From the NCBI GenBank assembly GCA_038231275.1, contig JBBRLQ010000020.1:81685-145684 (forward strand): a DNA stretch of 64,000 bases. Direction: 5' to 3'. The notes beneath the pieces were generated by a model that had not been told where the DNA came from, made no database searches, and saw only the letters and a list, made by a program, of their open reading frames with translations. Source of the stretch: Polyangiales bacterium (GTDB taxonomy: Bacteria; Myxococcota_A; Polyangia; Polyangiales; Polyangiaceae). The position numbers and the translations under genes are program-made. Below, in pieces: positions 1 to 9,247 of the stretch; the first letter of the stretch is position 1; each line of letters opens with the position of its first letter.

Positions 1-456
1 AAGGGCACCACGGTGCGCGTGCACCTCCTGGCGGCGACCGCCGGAGAGACAGCGCTCGCGCCGGAGACTTCGCGTCGACGGCCTCTCCCGCGCCTGCGCA
101 TGCTCGTCATCGACGACGAGCCCGCCCTCGTGTCGTCGCTGCGCGCGCTGCTGACCGACGAGCACGAGATCGTGACGGCGGTGACGGGGAGCGACGCGTG
201 CGTGCTGCTCGACCAGGGCCCCGCCTTCGACGTCGTGCTCTGTGACCTCATGATGCCGGGAATGACGGGGATGGATGTCCATGCGCGCATGACGGACACG
301 CGGCCCGAGGTGCTTCCGCGCTTCCTCTTCATGACCGGCGAAGCGTTCACGCCGCGCGCCACGCAGTTCGTCGCGTCGGTGCCGAACAAGGTCCTCCGCA
401 AGCCGTTCTCGATCGAGGAGCTCATGACGGCCCTCGGCGATCTCGTCGCTTCCTAG
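1..456 (+). CDS. C-terminal part of hybrid sensor histidine kinase/response regulator (end of HATPase + receiver domain), truncated by window start
   Basis: Frame open from base 1 (KGTTVRVHL, end of HATPase_c); receiver motifs LVIDDE, VVLCDLMMPGMTG, FMTG, KPF. Confidence 0.85.
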   Translation, partial: KGTTVRVHLLAATAGETALAPETSRRRPLPRLRMLVIDDEPALVSSLRALLTDEHEIVTAVTGSDACVLLDQGPAFDVVLCDLMMPGMTGMDVHARMTDTRPEVLPRFLFMTGEAFTPRATQFVASVPNKVLRKPFSIEELMTALGDLVAS

Positions 457-490
457 AGCAAGCGTCGTTACTACGTAACGCTTGCTCTAG
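453..490. terminator. Perfect 13-bp inverted repeat (hairpin) overlapping stop codon
   Basis: CTAGAGCAAGCGT (453-465) / ACGCTTGCTCTAG (478-490); no U-tract. Confidence 0.45.
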
Positions 491-612
491 CCTTCAGGTG
501 GATCGCTCCAGTCGTTTGCCCGCCACGGTCAAACGACTTCCGCTTTAGTCCTCGCGCGACGGACGCGGCACGTTTCGGCCATTGTTCTCCTCGACGGGGG
601 GAGGAGGATGCC

Positions 613-2706
613 ATGGGACGCCGCGTGCGTTTCTGCGTGGGTGCGTCGGTCTGCGTTGCGGTCGCGATCCTGGGGGCGTGCGTCACGCGCCCGACGGTGT
701 CGAGCAAGCCGAGCACGAAGGACGTCGTTCAAATCCCGATCTTGTCGAAGAGGATCTCGAAGATCGATCTCCTCTTCGCGATCGACAACTCCGCATCGAT
801 GGGGGACAAGCAGACGCTCCTCCGAGATGCCGTTCCGGATCTGATCACGCGGCTCCTGGTGCCGCTGTGCGTCGACCCCGACGTGCCTACGACCGTCCTC
901 GGCGCGTCGGTGAACGGCGCCTGCGACAAGGGGGAGATCGAGTTTCCGCCGCTCACCGATCTTCACGTCGGCGTGGTGAGCTCGTCGCTCGGCGGCCTCG
1001 GGTCGGGCGCGTGCGCTGCGGCGTTCCACGATCCGACGCTCCCGCAGGCCGAGTGGCACAACGACGATCAAGGGCACTTGATCGCGCGAAGCGGCGCGGG
1101 CGCGGCGGGCGCGAGGGCGCTCTTGGCATGGACGCCGGCGGCCGGTGAGCCGAGCACGTTCATCGCGGCGTTCCAGGACCGCGTCAGCGGCGTCGGCGAG
1201 TATGGCTGCGGCTTCGAAGCGCAAGAAGAGAGCTGGTACCGCTTCCTCGTCCAGCCTGATCCCTACGCGACCATCGACACGTCGTCGGGACGCGCCGTCT
1301 TCGCCGGCGTCGACGAGGAGCTGCTCAAGGAGCGGCGCGATTTCTTGCGACCGGACTCGCTCGTCGCGATCGTGCAAATCACCGACGAGAACGAATCGAC
1401 CGTCGATCCGCGCTCGCTCGGGGGACGAGGGTTCCGGATGCTCGATCCGGACGGAGGCTCGGCCCCGCGCGCGACGGCGGCGTGCGCGAAAGATCCGAAC
1501 CTCCCGGCGTGCAGCTCGTGCGGGTCCGACGAGAACGCCGGGCTACCCGAGTGCGCGACGCGGACCGCGGGCGACGACGTCCCGAACGTGCGCTTTTTCC
1601 ACATGAAGCAGAGATTCGGAGTGGACCCGATGTACCCGGTGGCCCGGTACACGCGCGGCCTCGGCGTGGCGCCCGACGCGACGGGGGCGGCGCTCGACGT
1701 GCCCAATCGCGCCGGCACGAGCTGCACCAATCCGCTCTTCGCGGCGACGCTTCCCAGTGGCGCGAAGGACGATCTCTGCGCGCTCGCGCGAGGCCCACGC
1801 GCTCCTGGTCTCGTCTTCTACGCGGCGATCACCGGCGTCCCGAGAGACCTCCTGCCCGCGACCGGCGTGCCGTCGGTGGACGACTGGACCAAAATGCTCG
1901 GCGCGGATCCGCTCCGGTACGACTTCACGGGCGCCGATCCGCGGATGCTCGAGTCGATCGCCGTGAGGCCGGGCGTGGCCGGCGATCGCGACACCGGTGG
2001 TCAAGACTTGCAGTATGCATGCACCTTCCCCCTCGCCAAGGCACGCGCGTGCGATGCGAATGACATCGCGTGCGACTGCAAGAACGGCGGCCCCCTCTGC
2101 GACCCTGCGAACGGCGCCGTGCAGGTGCGCGCGAAGGCGTACCCCGGCGTGCGGCACCTCCTCCTCGCGCGCTCGCTCGGACAGAACGGCGTCGTGGCGT
2201 CGATCTGTCCGGACGACACCACCGACGCGTCGGTGGAGAACGCCCGCTTCGGGTACCGGCCCGCGATGCGATCGATCGCCGAGCGACTCGGCGCAATCCT
2301 CGCGGCCCAGTGCCTCCCGAGGCCGCCGCGCGCCGACGCCTCCGGTCGGGTGCCGTGCTTGGTGCTCGAGGCGATGACCGGCGACGCGATCGGCGACGAC
2401 GCGTGCGACAGGCCTGCGCAAGGGCTCACGCGCGCCGATCCCGCCGTGCTCGCCGCGTTTCGTCGCGAGCACGCCGCGGCGCACGAGGATCTCTCGACGG
2501 TCGCGCTCTGCGAGAAGACCCAGCTCGTGGAAGCGGGTGGGGCGCGATGCAGCGACGATCCTCGCGCAGGGTGGTGCTATGCACGCGGGCCTGAGGCCCT
2601 CCGCGCGACACGCCAGAAGTGCCCGGAGGCGATCGTGTTCTCGCGGACGGGACAGCCCGCGTCGGGCCACACGGTCTACCTCCAATGCATCGAGCAAGCG
2701 GACTGA
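613..2706 (+). CDS. Cys-rich myxobacterial lipoprotein with vWA/MIDAS-like domain
   Basis: GGAGGA RBS; lipobox ILGAC; IDLLFAIDNSASM (DxSxS) and ITDENE motifs; many Cys. Confidence 0.75.
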   Translation: MGRRVRFCVGASVCVAVAILGACVTRPTVSSKPSTKDVVQIPILSKRISKIDLLFAIDNSASMGDKQTLLRDAVPDLITRLLVPLCVDPDVPTTVLGASVNGACDKGEIEFPPLTDLHVGVVSSSLGGLGSGACAAAFHDPTLPQAEWHNDDQGHLIARSGAGAAGARALLAWTPAAGEPSTFIAAFQDRVSGVGEYGCGFEAQEESWYRFLVQPDPYATIDTSSGRAVFAGVDEELLKERRDFLRPDSLVAIVQITDENESTVDPRSLGGRGFRMLDPDGGSAPRATAACAKDPNLPACSSCGSDENAGLPECATRTAGDDVPNVRFFHMKQRFGVDPMYPVARYTRGLGVAPDATGAALDVPNRAGTSCTNPLFAATLPSGAKDDLCALARGPRAPGLVFYAAITGVPRDLLPATGVPSVDDWTKMLGADPLRYDFTGADPRMLESIAVRPGVAGDRDTGGQDLQYACTFPLAKARACDANDIACDCKNGGPLCDPANGAVQVRAKAYPGVRHLLLARSLGQNGVVASICPDDTTDASVENARFGYRPAMRSIAERLGAILAAQCLPRPPRADASGRVPCLVLEAMTGDAIGDDACDRPAQGLTRADPAVLAAFRREHAAAHEDLSTVALCEKTQLVEAGGARCSDDPRAGWCYARGPEALRATRQKCPEAIVFSRTGQPASGHTVYLQCIEQAD

Positions 2707-2731
2707 GCAGAAGTCGTTTGAGCGGCGCCGC

Positions 2732-3661
2732 TCACGGGCACGTGCCGACGACCCTGCCCATCCACGTCATCCCAGTGAACGGCCCTTCCCATTTCCCGCC
2801 GGGCGCGCCCGTGTACTCGCGCACGTTGACGCCCTTCTGCGATATCGAGCAGGACATCGATCCGAACGCGCCGGGGGCTTGGTACATGAAGTACTTGTGC
2901 TGCGCGACGAGCCGCAGCGGCGGGAAGATCTCCGCGCCGCGCCAGGTTTGCGTCGCGCTCGCGCCGTCGAGATCGCCCTGGAAGAGCACGGCCCCGGGCT
3001 TGTCGCACGCGGCGTCGCTGTCGAGGATCGCGACCTTGCCCGGCGTCGTGAAGAGCTCGATGCGCGACGCCGCGACGTCGATTTGCGGAACGTACTCGAA
3101 TGCCGCGCCGCTCCCGCCGCAGTTGGTCGCGGGAGGCGAGGTGATGTTCACGCCTTCGCCGCACGCGCCGTAGGAGCTCGTCGCTTGAGGAGACGGATCG
3201 CCGGTAAAGGAGCAGGAGCCCGCGTTGACGATGCACGCGTTCGTGACGTGCCATCGGCCCCCGCCGCCAGCGATCGCCTGGCAGACCGCGGTGCCCACGC
3301 CGTTCAGACAAGGAAACGTACGACCCTCGCCGATGCGGCTGGGGTTGCTAGGCCCACAGCATCCCCCGCCGCCAGTGCCGCACGTCGCGCCCTCGACCGG
3401 ATCGGGCTCGGGACCGCCATAGCAACCAGGCGCCGCGCAGGACCACGTCCCTGATCGGCACGAGCAGAACGAGCACCCGTACGTACACTGGAGCCCCTCG
3501 GCGGAGCAACCTCCGGCCGCCGGGGTCGCGGGGCAGCCGGCGGAGTTGCCGTCGGAGCCGCCGTCCGCCGCGTCGCTCCCGACGCCGACGACCGAGCCAC
3601 CGCACGACGCCAAAACCGGGAGGAGCAGCGGCGCAGAGAAGAGGAGGGCCAGGAGGCGCAT
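2732..3661 (-). CDS. Cys-rich lipoprotein, unknown function
   Basis: Signal peptide with lipobox LASC, DAADGG linker, Cys-rich repeats. Confidence 0.7.
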   Translation of the reverse strand: MRLLALLFSAPLLLPVLASCGGSVVGVGSDAADGGSDGNSAGCPATPAAGGCSAEGLQCTYGCSFCSCRSGTWSCAAPGCYGGPEPDPVEGATCGTGGGGCCGPSNPSRIGEGRTFPCLNGVGTAVCQAIAGGGGRWHVTNACIVNAGSCSFTGDPSPQATSSYGACGEGVNITSPPATNCGGSGAAFEYVPQIDVAASRIELFTTPGKVAILDSDAACDKPGAVLFQGDLDGASATQTWRGAEIFPPLRLVAQHKYFMYQAPGAFGSMSCSISQKGVNVREYTGAPGGKWEGPFTGMTWMGRVVGTCP

Positions 3662-3674
3662 GCCGCTCCCAAGG

Positions 3675-3689
3675 GCAAGCGCCGTTCCA
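3675..3689 (-). promoter_or_regulatory. Sigma54-type -24/-12 promoter
   Basis: Minus strand TGGAACGGCGCTTGC (GG-N10-GC), upstream of ATG at 3661. Confidence 0.6.
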
Positions 3690-3774
3690 GCAGTGTTCTA
3701 GCCGCGATCAGCCTGCTTATTCGCTATTTTGCGTCGTCAGCGCTGTGTCGACGTGTGCCGGGGCGGCTCTGCGG

Positions 3775-4656
3775 TCAGGCCGCGCGCTTCTCGGGCATCG
3801 GCGCACGCGCGAGGTGAACGTCCATCTGCGGGAACGCGATCACGATCCTCTTCTCGCGGAACGCGCGCAGGATGCTCTCGCGAAGCATCGAGCAGTGTCG
3901 TCGATGGCCCCACGGATCGTGCATCCAGACCGAGACCTCGTAGACGAGCGCGGAGTCGGCGAAGGCGTTCAAGAGCACCAGCGGCGCGTACTCGAGATCG
4001 CCCCCTTTGTGCGTCTTCGCGACCTCTTCGAGGGTCGCGCGGACGAGGGCGGGATCCGAGTCGTAGGCGACGCCGACCGAGACGGCGACGCGGATGAGCG
4101 AGTCGTGCAGCGTGAGGTTTTTGATTGGCTGCTGCACGAGCACGCCGTTGGGGACGAGGATGTCCTCCTCGAAGAGCGTGCGTACTCGGGTCGCCCGGAT
4201 GCCGAGGTTCATCACGCGGCAATACTGGCCGTCGATCTCGATGATGTCGTCGATCTTGATCGACTGCTCGACGAGCAAAATGATGCCCGACACGAAGTTC
4301 ACGGCGACGCCCTGGAGCGCGAGGCCGATGCCCACGGCGAAGACGGCGGTGGCGGCGATGACGGCGCGAAGATCGATGCCGGCGGTCTCGAGGGCGACGA
4401 TGACGGCGACGACCATGAGGACGTAGCCGATGAGGCGCTCGATCGAGCGCATGCGACGCCCCTCGGCGATCCCGCGTCGTACGAGCGCGCGGTGCATGAC
4501 GTACCGGAGGACGCGCGACGCGCCGAACGCGCAGGCGAGGATGAGTCCGATCGCCAGGAGCGTCGCGGGCGTGACCGGACGACCACCCAGCTCGAAGAGC
4601 CTGAACCCAAGGACTTCCCACACCATGCCCTTCACGATCGGGATCGTCGCACCCAT
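3775..4656 (-). CDS. Small-conductance mechanosensitive channel (MscS family)
   Basis: Three TM segments, GIGLALQGVAVNFVSGIILL, IGIRAT-like LGIRAT, VPNG, VGVAYDSD, IAFPQMDV. Confidence 0.9.
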   Translation of the reverse strand: MGATIPIVKGMVWEVLGFRLFELGGRPVTPATLLAIGLILACAFGASRVLRYVMHRALVRRGIAEGRRMRSIERLIGYVLMVVAVIVALETAGIDLRAVIAATAVFAVGIGLALQGVAVNFVSGIILLVEQSIKIDDIIEIDGQYCRVMNLGIRATRVRTLFEEDILVPNGVLVQQPIKNLTLHDSLIRVAVSVGVAYDSDPALVRATLEEVAKTHKGGDLEYAPLVLLNAFADSALVYEVSVWMHDPWGHRRHCSMLRESILRAFREKRIVIAFPQMDVHLARAPMPEKRAA

Positions 4657-4740
4657 GGGCGGCGCGGCTCAAATTCCTGGAGATCCGACGCCCACGCACG
4701 CCCCTCGCTTGGGGCCGCTGGGCACGATATAAACGCGCAC

Positions 4741-5688
4741 ATGGCGCGCAGGCCCGTAGCGATCATCGGTGGAGGCTCATGGGGGCTGGCGCTCGCGGCT
4801 GCGGCGTCGCGCACGGGGGAGACGATGCTCCACTCGCGCCGGGCGCTCAACGGCAGCCTCCCCAAGGGCGTGACGCAGGCCCGGGATTTTCGGGAGATCG
4901 GCAAGGAGGCGCGCACCATCCTGCTCGCCGTGCCGTCCGAGATCGCGCGCGTCGTGCTCCGCGAGCTCGGCGATCACCTCGACGGGCGTCACTTCGTCGT
5001 CCATGGCGTCCGCGGCCTCGCCGGCAACTCCATGACGCGAATCAGCGAGGTCGTCCGCGAAGAGACCCCGGTTCGCCGCGTCGGCGCGGTCGGCGGCCCT
5101 GCGCTCGCGGAGGATCTGCTCGCCGGACGGCCGAGCGTGATGGTCTGCGGCTCGCATTTCCCCGAGGTGAGCACGGCGCTCCGCGAGGCGCTGGGCTGCA
5201 ACACGCTGCGCCTCTACACGACCGACGATCTCGTCGGGCTCGAGTGGGCGAGCGCGCTCGTGGGCTGCCTCGCGATCGGCGTCGGCTACGCGCAGGCGCT
5301 GGGCCTGAGCCCGGGGCTCGTCGCCGCGTACATCTCGCGATCGGTCACCGAGGCGTCGAAGATCGCGGCCGCGGCAGGGGGCGACGAGCGAACCCTCCTC
5401 GGGCTCGCCGGCTACGGCGACTTGCTCGCGTGCGCGGGGCAGACCGAGCGCCCCGAGGTCCTCGTCGGCCGTGCGCTCGCGCAGGGCACCCCGCTCGTCG
5501 AGGCGATGCGCGGGATCAAGACGCGGATCGAGGCCGTCGACCTCATCCCGCGCGTCGCGGCGTTCGCGGAGTCGAGCAAGGTCAGCTGCCCGATCTTCCA
5601 TTCGCTGCGCGACGGCGTGCTCGCCGCGAAGGCCACCGAGGACATCGTCCAGACGCTGATGACCGCGCCGATCGAAGATCGCGGCTGA
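4741..5688 (+). CDS. gpsA: NAD(P)H-dependent glycerol-3-phosphate dehydrogenase-like protein (catalytic motifs degenerate)
   Basis: IIGGGSWGLALA Rossmann motif, LAVPS, GGPALA, DLVGLE, GLAGYGDLL; ATG at 4741 within ORF 3745..5688. Confidence 0.75.
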   Translation: MARRPVAIIGGGSWGLALAAAASRTGETMLHSRRALNGSLPKGVTQARDFREIGKEARTILLAVPSEIARVVLRELGDHLDGRHFVVHGVRGLAGNSMTRISEVVREETPVRRVGAVGGPALAEDLLAGRPSVMVCGSHFPEVSTALREALGCNTLRLYTTDDLVGLEWASALVGCLAIGVGYAQALGLSPGLVAAYISRSVTEASKIAAAAGGDERTLLGLAGYGDLLACAGQTERPEVLVGRALAQGTPLVEAMRGIKTRIEAVDLIPRVAAFAESSKVSCPIFHSLRDGVLAAKATEDIVQTLMTAPIEDRG

Positions 5689-5711
5689 TCTCCGGCCGCG
5701 CGCCCCATCCC

Positions 5712-8700
5712 ATGCGTCCCGTCACGCTCCGCACGCGCATCCTCGTCCGCGAGCTCGCCAGCGGCGAGGTGCTGGCCATCCCGGTCTGCGATCCCGCGCA
5801 CGCCAGCTTCGGCGGCGAAGAGGACGCGCTGCTCGAGCAGTCGATGTTCCTCTCCGAGCACCTCGCGCGCGCGAGGCCGGAGACCGTCGCGCGCTTCGCC
5901 ATACCGGAGGGCACACGTTTGCATATTACACGCGTCCTCGTCCCCCGCGAGGAGCTGCCGCACGCCGTCGCGGTCACCCAGCCGATCGAAATCCCGAGTG
6001 TCGTCATCCCGTCCACCGCGCGCGCGAAGAGCGACGCATGGGTGGTGATCGTGCCGCTCGACTACACGTTCTTCGTCCCCGCGGGCGAGGACCTGGACGA
6101 GGCCGTGAAGAGCGAGGTGCTCCGCCTCGTCGCCGCGGAGGAGGCGGGCGCGACGCACTACCTCGGCCTCTTGCCGGGCGTTCACGATCGCCTCGAGCCG
6201 CTCGACGTGAGGATCGATCGCTCGTCCGACGGACCGGCGGGGCGCGCGGCGTCCCATCGCAAGGCGATCGCGCAGCGCGAGAAGCGCAAGCACGCGGTGC
6301 TCGTCCTCGAGTCGGTCGCGACGCCGCTGCATCAAGACGAGGCGCGCGCGCGGCCGATGCTCGGACGCGACGCCGACGCCAAGCTCCTCGCGGGCATTCT
6401 GGGCGGCGACGAGCGGCAGAGCGTGGTCCTGGTCGGCGAGCCGAAGGTCGGCAAGACGGCGCTCTTTCGCGCGTGGCTCGCCGCCGAAGTGGAGGCCGGA
6501 CGTCCGCGCCTCGTGTACGCGACGAGCGGCGCGCAGCTCATCGCGGGAATGAGCGGCCTCGGGCAGTGGCAAGAGCGCGTTCGCCGCGTGATGGACGCCG
6601 CGCACACGCTCGACGCCATCCTCTACTTCGACGATCTCGCCGATCTCTTCAGCGAGCGGGCGCACGGGATCGATCTCGGCGGCGCGATGAAGCCGTGGTT
6701 GGAGGAGGGCAGAGTGCGCCTCGTCGGCGAGCTCGCCAAAGATCGCGCGGAGGTGGTCGAGAGCCGCCACGTCGGCTTCTTCTCGTGCACCAGCCGCATT
6801 CGCCTCGAGCCGATGTCTCCGGTGCAGGCCCTCGTGGCCCTCCGCGCGCACGCCGCGGCCGACGGCAAGCACGAGCCGCACGCCGTTCAGGTCGCCGACG
6901 ACGCGCTCGTCGCGATTTGCGATCTCGCCGAGCGGTACCTCCCCTACGAAGCGTTCCCCGGAAAGGCGGCGCGCTTGTACGACGATCTGCGCGCGAGCCA
7001 AGAGCTCGGGAGGAGCCGCGCAGAGGGTGCACCGGCGCCCCGACTCTCGGCCGGCGACGTGTTCGATTGGTTCAGCGTGCGCACCGGCGTGCCGCCGTTC
7101 CTCCTCCGCGACGACGCGGCGCTCCGGCAGGAGTGGATCGCCGCGCATTTCGATCGACGCTTGATCGGGCAAGATGACGCGAAGGCGCGCGTGCGAGGCA
7201 CCATCGCCGTCGTGAAGGCGGGGCTCCAGCCCGCGGGAAAGCCGCTCGCGACGTTCCTCTTCGTGGGCCCCACCGGCGTCGGCAAGACGGAGCTCGCGCG
7301 CGCGACGGCGGAGCTGCTCTTCGGCCACGCCGATCGCCTGGTTCGCTTCGACATGAGCGAGTACACCGACCCGTGGGCGGCCGAGCGCCTGATCCGCGGC
7401 ACCGAGCGCGGCGACGGTCTCCTCACGCGAAAAGTGCGCGAGCAGCCGTTCTCGGTCGTGCTCCTCGACGAGATCGAGAAGGCCCACCCCGCGGTGTTCG
7501 ATCTGCTCCTCCAGGTGTGCGGCGAAGGGCGCCTCACCGACGGGCGCGGAAAGACCGCGTACTTTCACAACACGATCCTCATCATGACGAGCAACCTCGG
7601 CGCCGCGCACCGCAGAGGCGCGGTCGGCTTCGAGGGGACCGGCGCGTCCGACGACGGGTACTACGTGAAGGAGGTCGAGAAGACGTTCCGGCCGGAGATG
7701 GTCAACCGGATTGATCGCATCGTCGCGTTCCGGACCCTCACGCGCGACGAGATCCGCGCGGTCACGCGCCTCACGGTGGAGCGCGTGCGCACGCGGCGCG
7801 GGCTCGCCCAGGGCGCTTTGGAGCTCGTCGTCTCCGACGCCGCCCTCGCGCACCTCGCGGAGCGCGGCTTCAGCGACGCGTACGGCGCGCGGGCGCTGCG
7901 GAGGCACGTCGAGGATCACCTCACCACCCCGGTCGCGCGCCTCCTCACGAGCCTGACCCACGGCGGCGGCCGCGACATCGTCGACGTGCGAACGGCCGAC
8001 GAGCCCGAGTACGAAGGCACCTCGAACCTCGTCACGCGCGCGTCGTCGGGCGGCCTCGTCTTCTCGCTCCTCGGCAAGCCGCGCGGCCTCACGGCGCCGA
8101 TGACCAGCGTCTGGGCCCTCTCCGAATTGCGGCGCGAGCTCCAGAAGTACATGCGCCTCGACCGCGTGACCGAGCTCAAGGCGCAGCTCGAGTTCGTGAT
8201 CGCGCAGCTCAGCTACGGGGAGCCGGGGAAGAAGAAGAAGGGGTCGGAGCTCGCGCGCGCCGGCTCGGAGGTCGGCCGCCTCTCCTCCGAGCACCACAAG
8301 CTCCACGAGGTGTGGTCGGCGCTCGAGGGCGCGTACACGGATCTCCAGAGCGCCGAGGAGCTGGGCTTCGCGGCCTTCTTCGCGGGCGAGCGCTTCGACG
8401 CGCTCCTCGAGGAGGCGCACGCGATCAAGGCGCGCTTCCGCGCGGGGCTCCTCCAGGCGCTCACGTGCCGCGATCCGAAGCGCTTCGGCGTGACGCTGCT
8501 CCTCCAGGAGCTCGACGACGGCCGCGCGTTCGACGCCTGGCTCGCGCCGCTCCTCGACGCGTGCGACGCGCGAGGCTGGGAGCTGGAGCTTCACGTCGAC
8601 GCGAACACCAAGGAGGATCGCGCGGGGACCAAGTGGCCCGAAGCGCGCCGCTGGGGTCCGCCGCGAACCGCCAAGGCGTTCAAGGACGTGCTCGGGGATC

Positions 8701-9245
8701 GGGGTCGAACCTTCAAGAACGTGCTCCTCCGGGCGCGCGGGCCGAGCGTCGGCATCCTCCTGGGACTGGAGGGCGGCCTCCATCGCTTCCACGACGTGCA
8801 CCCCGACGTCCGCCCCTGCCACATGCTCGCGATGCGCATCGCCTTTCGCGCGACGCTCAAGGACGACGACTGGCTCTCGCCGACGATCGCGCCGCCTCTA
8901 CCCGCCGCCGCCGATCACGCGCGCCGACAACAACCCACGCGCGAGGTGCTCGCCAACGAAGGGGTCGTCCACGTCTTCGCCAAGCGCGCGGTCCTCAAGA
9001 TCCCGCTCGCCGACTACTGGTCCCGCTTCGACGAGATCGCGCTCGAGCACCTGCTTCTCTTCGAGACGCGCGACGATCTCGATCGCGACGTGACCCTCGC
9101 CGCCATCTTCGAAGACGAGTGGGACGACGTCACGGAGCTCGTTCGCCAAGGGCACCTCATCGAGGCGAACAAGCGGTACCGCGAACGCGCGGGAGTCGGG
9201 CTCAAGGAGGCGAAGGACTACGTCGACTCGCTGAGGGGCAGCTGA
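5712..9245 (+). CDS. ClpA/ClpB-like double AAA+ ATPase 1 with C-terminal release-factor-like and L7/L12-like regions (~1177 aa)
   Basis: D1 Walker A GEPKVGKT; D2 GPTGVGKTE, DMSEY, LLDEIEKAHP, GRLTDG, IMTSNLG, YGARALRR; ATG at 5712. Confidence 0.85.
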   Translation: MRPVTLRTRILVRELASGEVLAIPVCDPAHASFGGEEDALLEQSMFLSEHLARARPETVARFAIPEGTRLHITRVLVPREELPHAVAVTQPIEIPSVVIPSTARAKSDAWVVIVPLDYTFFVPAGEDLDEAVKSEVLRLVAAEEAGATHYLGLLPGVHDRLEPLDVRIDRSSDGPAGRAASHRKAIAQREKRKHAVLVLESVATPLHQDEARARPMLGRDADAKLLAGILGGDERQSVVLVGEPKVGKTALFRAWLAAEVEAGRPRLVYATSGAQLIAGMSGLGQWQERVRRVMDAAHTLDAILYFDDLADLFSERAHGIDLGGAMKPWLEEGRVRLVGELAKDRAEVVESRHVGFFSCTSRIRLEPMSPVQALVALRAHAAADGKHEPHAVQVADDALVAICDLAERYLPYEAFPGKAARLYDDLRASQELGRSRAEGAPAPRLSAGDVFDWFSVRTGVPPFLLRDDAALRQEWIAAHFDRRLIGQDDAKARVRGTIAVVKAGLQPAGKPLATFLFVGPTGVGKTELARATAELLFGHADRLVRFDMSEYTDPWAAERLIRGTERGDGLLTRKVREQPFSVVLLDEIEKAHPAVFDLLLQVCGEGRLTDGRGKTAYFHNTILIMTSNLGAAHRRGAVGFEGTGASDDGYYVKEVEKTFRPEMVNRIDRIVAFRTLTRDEIRAVTRLTVERVRTRRGLAQGALELVVSDAALAHLAERGFSDAYGARALRRHVEDHLTTPVARLLTSLTHGGGRDIVDVRTADEPEYEGTSNLVTRASSGGLVFSLLGKPRGLTAPMTSVWALSELRRELQKYMRLDRVTELKAQLEFVIAQLSYGEPGKKKKGSELARAGSEVGRLSSEHHKLHEVWSALEGAYTDLQSAEELGFAAFFAGERFDALLEEAHAIKARFRAGLLQALTCRDPKRFGVTLLLQELDDGRAFDAWLAPLLDACDARGWELELHVDANTKEDRAGTKWPEARRWGPPRTAKAFKDVLGDRGRTFKNVLLRARGPSVGILLGLEGGLHRFHDVHPDVRPCHMLAMRIAFRATLKDDDWLSPTIAPPLPAAADHARRQQPTREVLANEGVVHVFAKRAVLKIPLADYWSRFDEIALEHLLLFETRDDLDRDVTLAAIFEDEWDDVTELVRQGHLIEANKRYRERAGVGLKEAKDYVDSLRGS

Positions 9246-9247
9246 CG

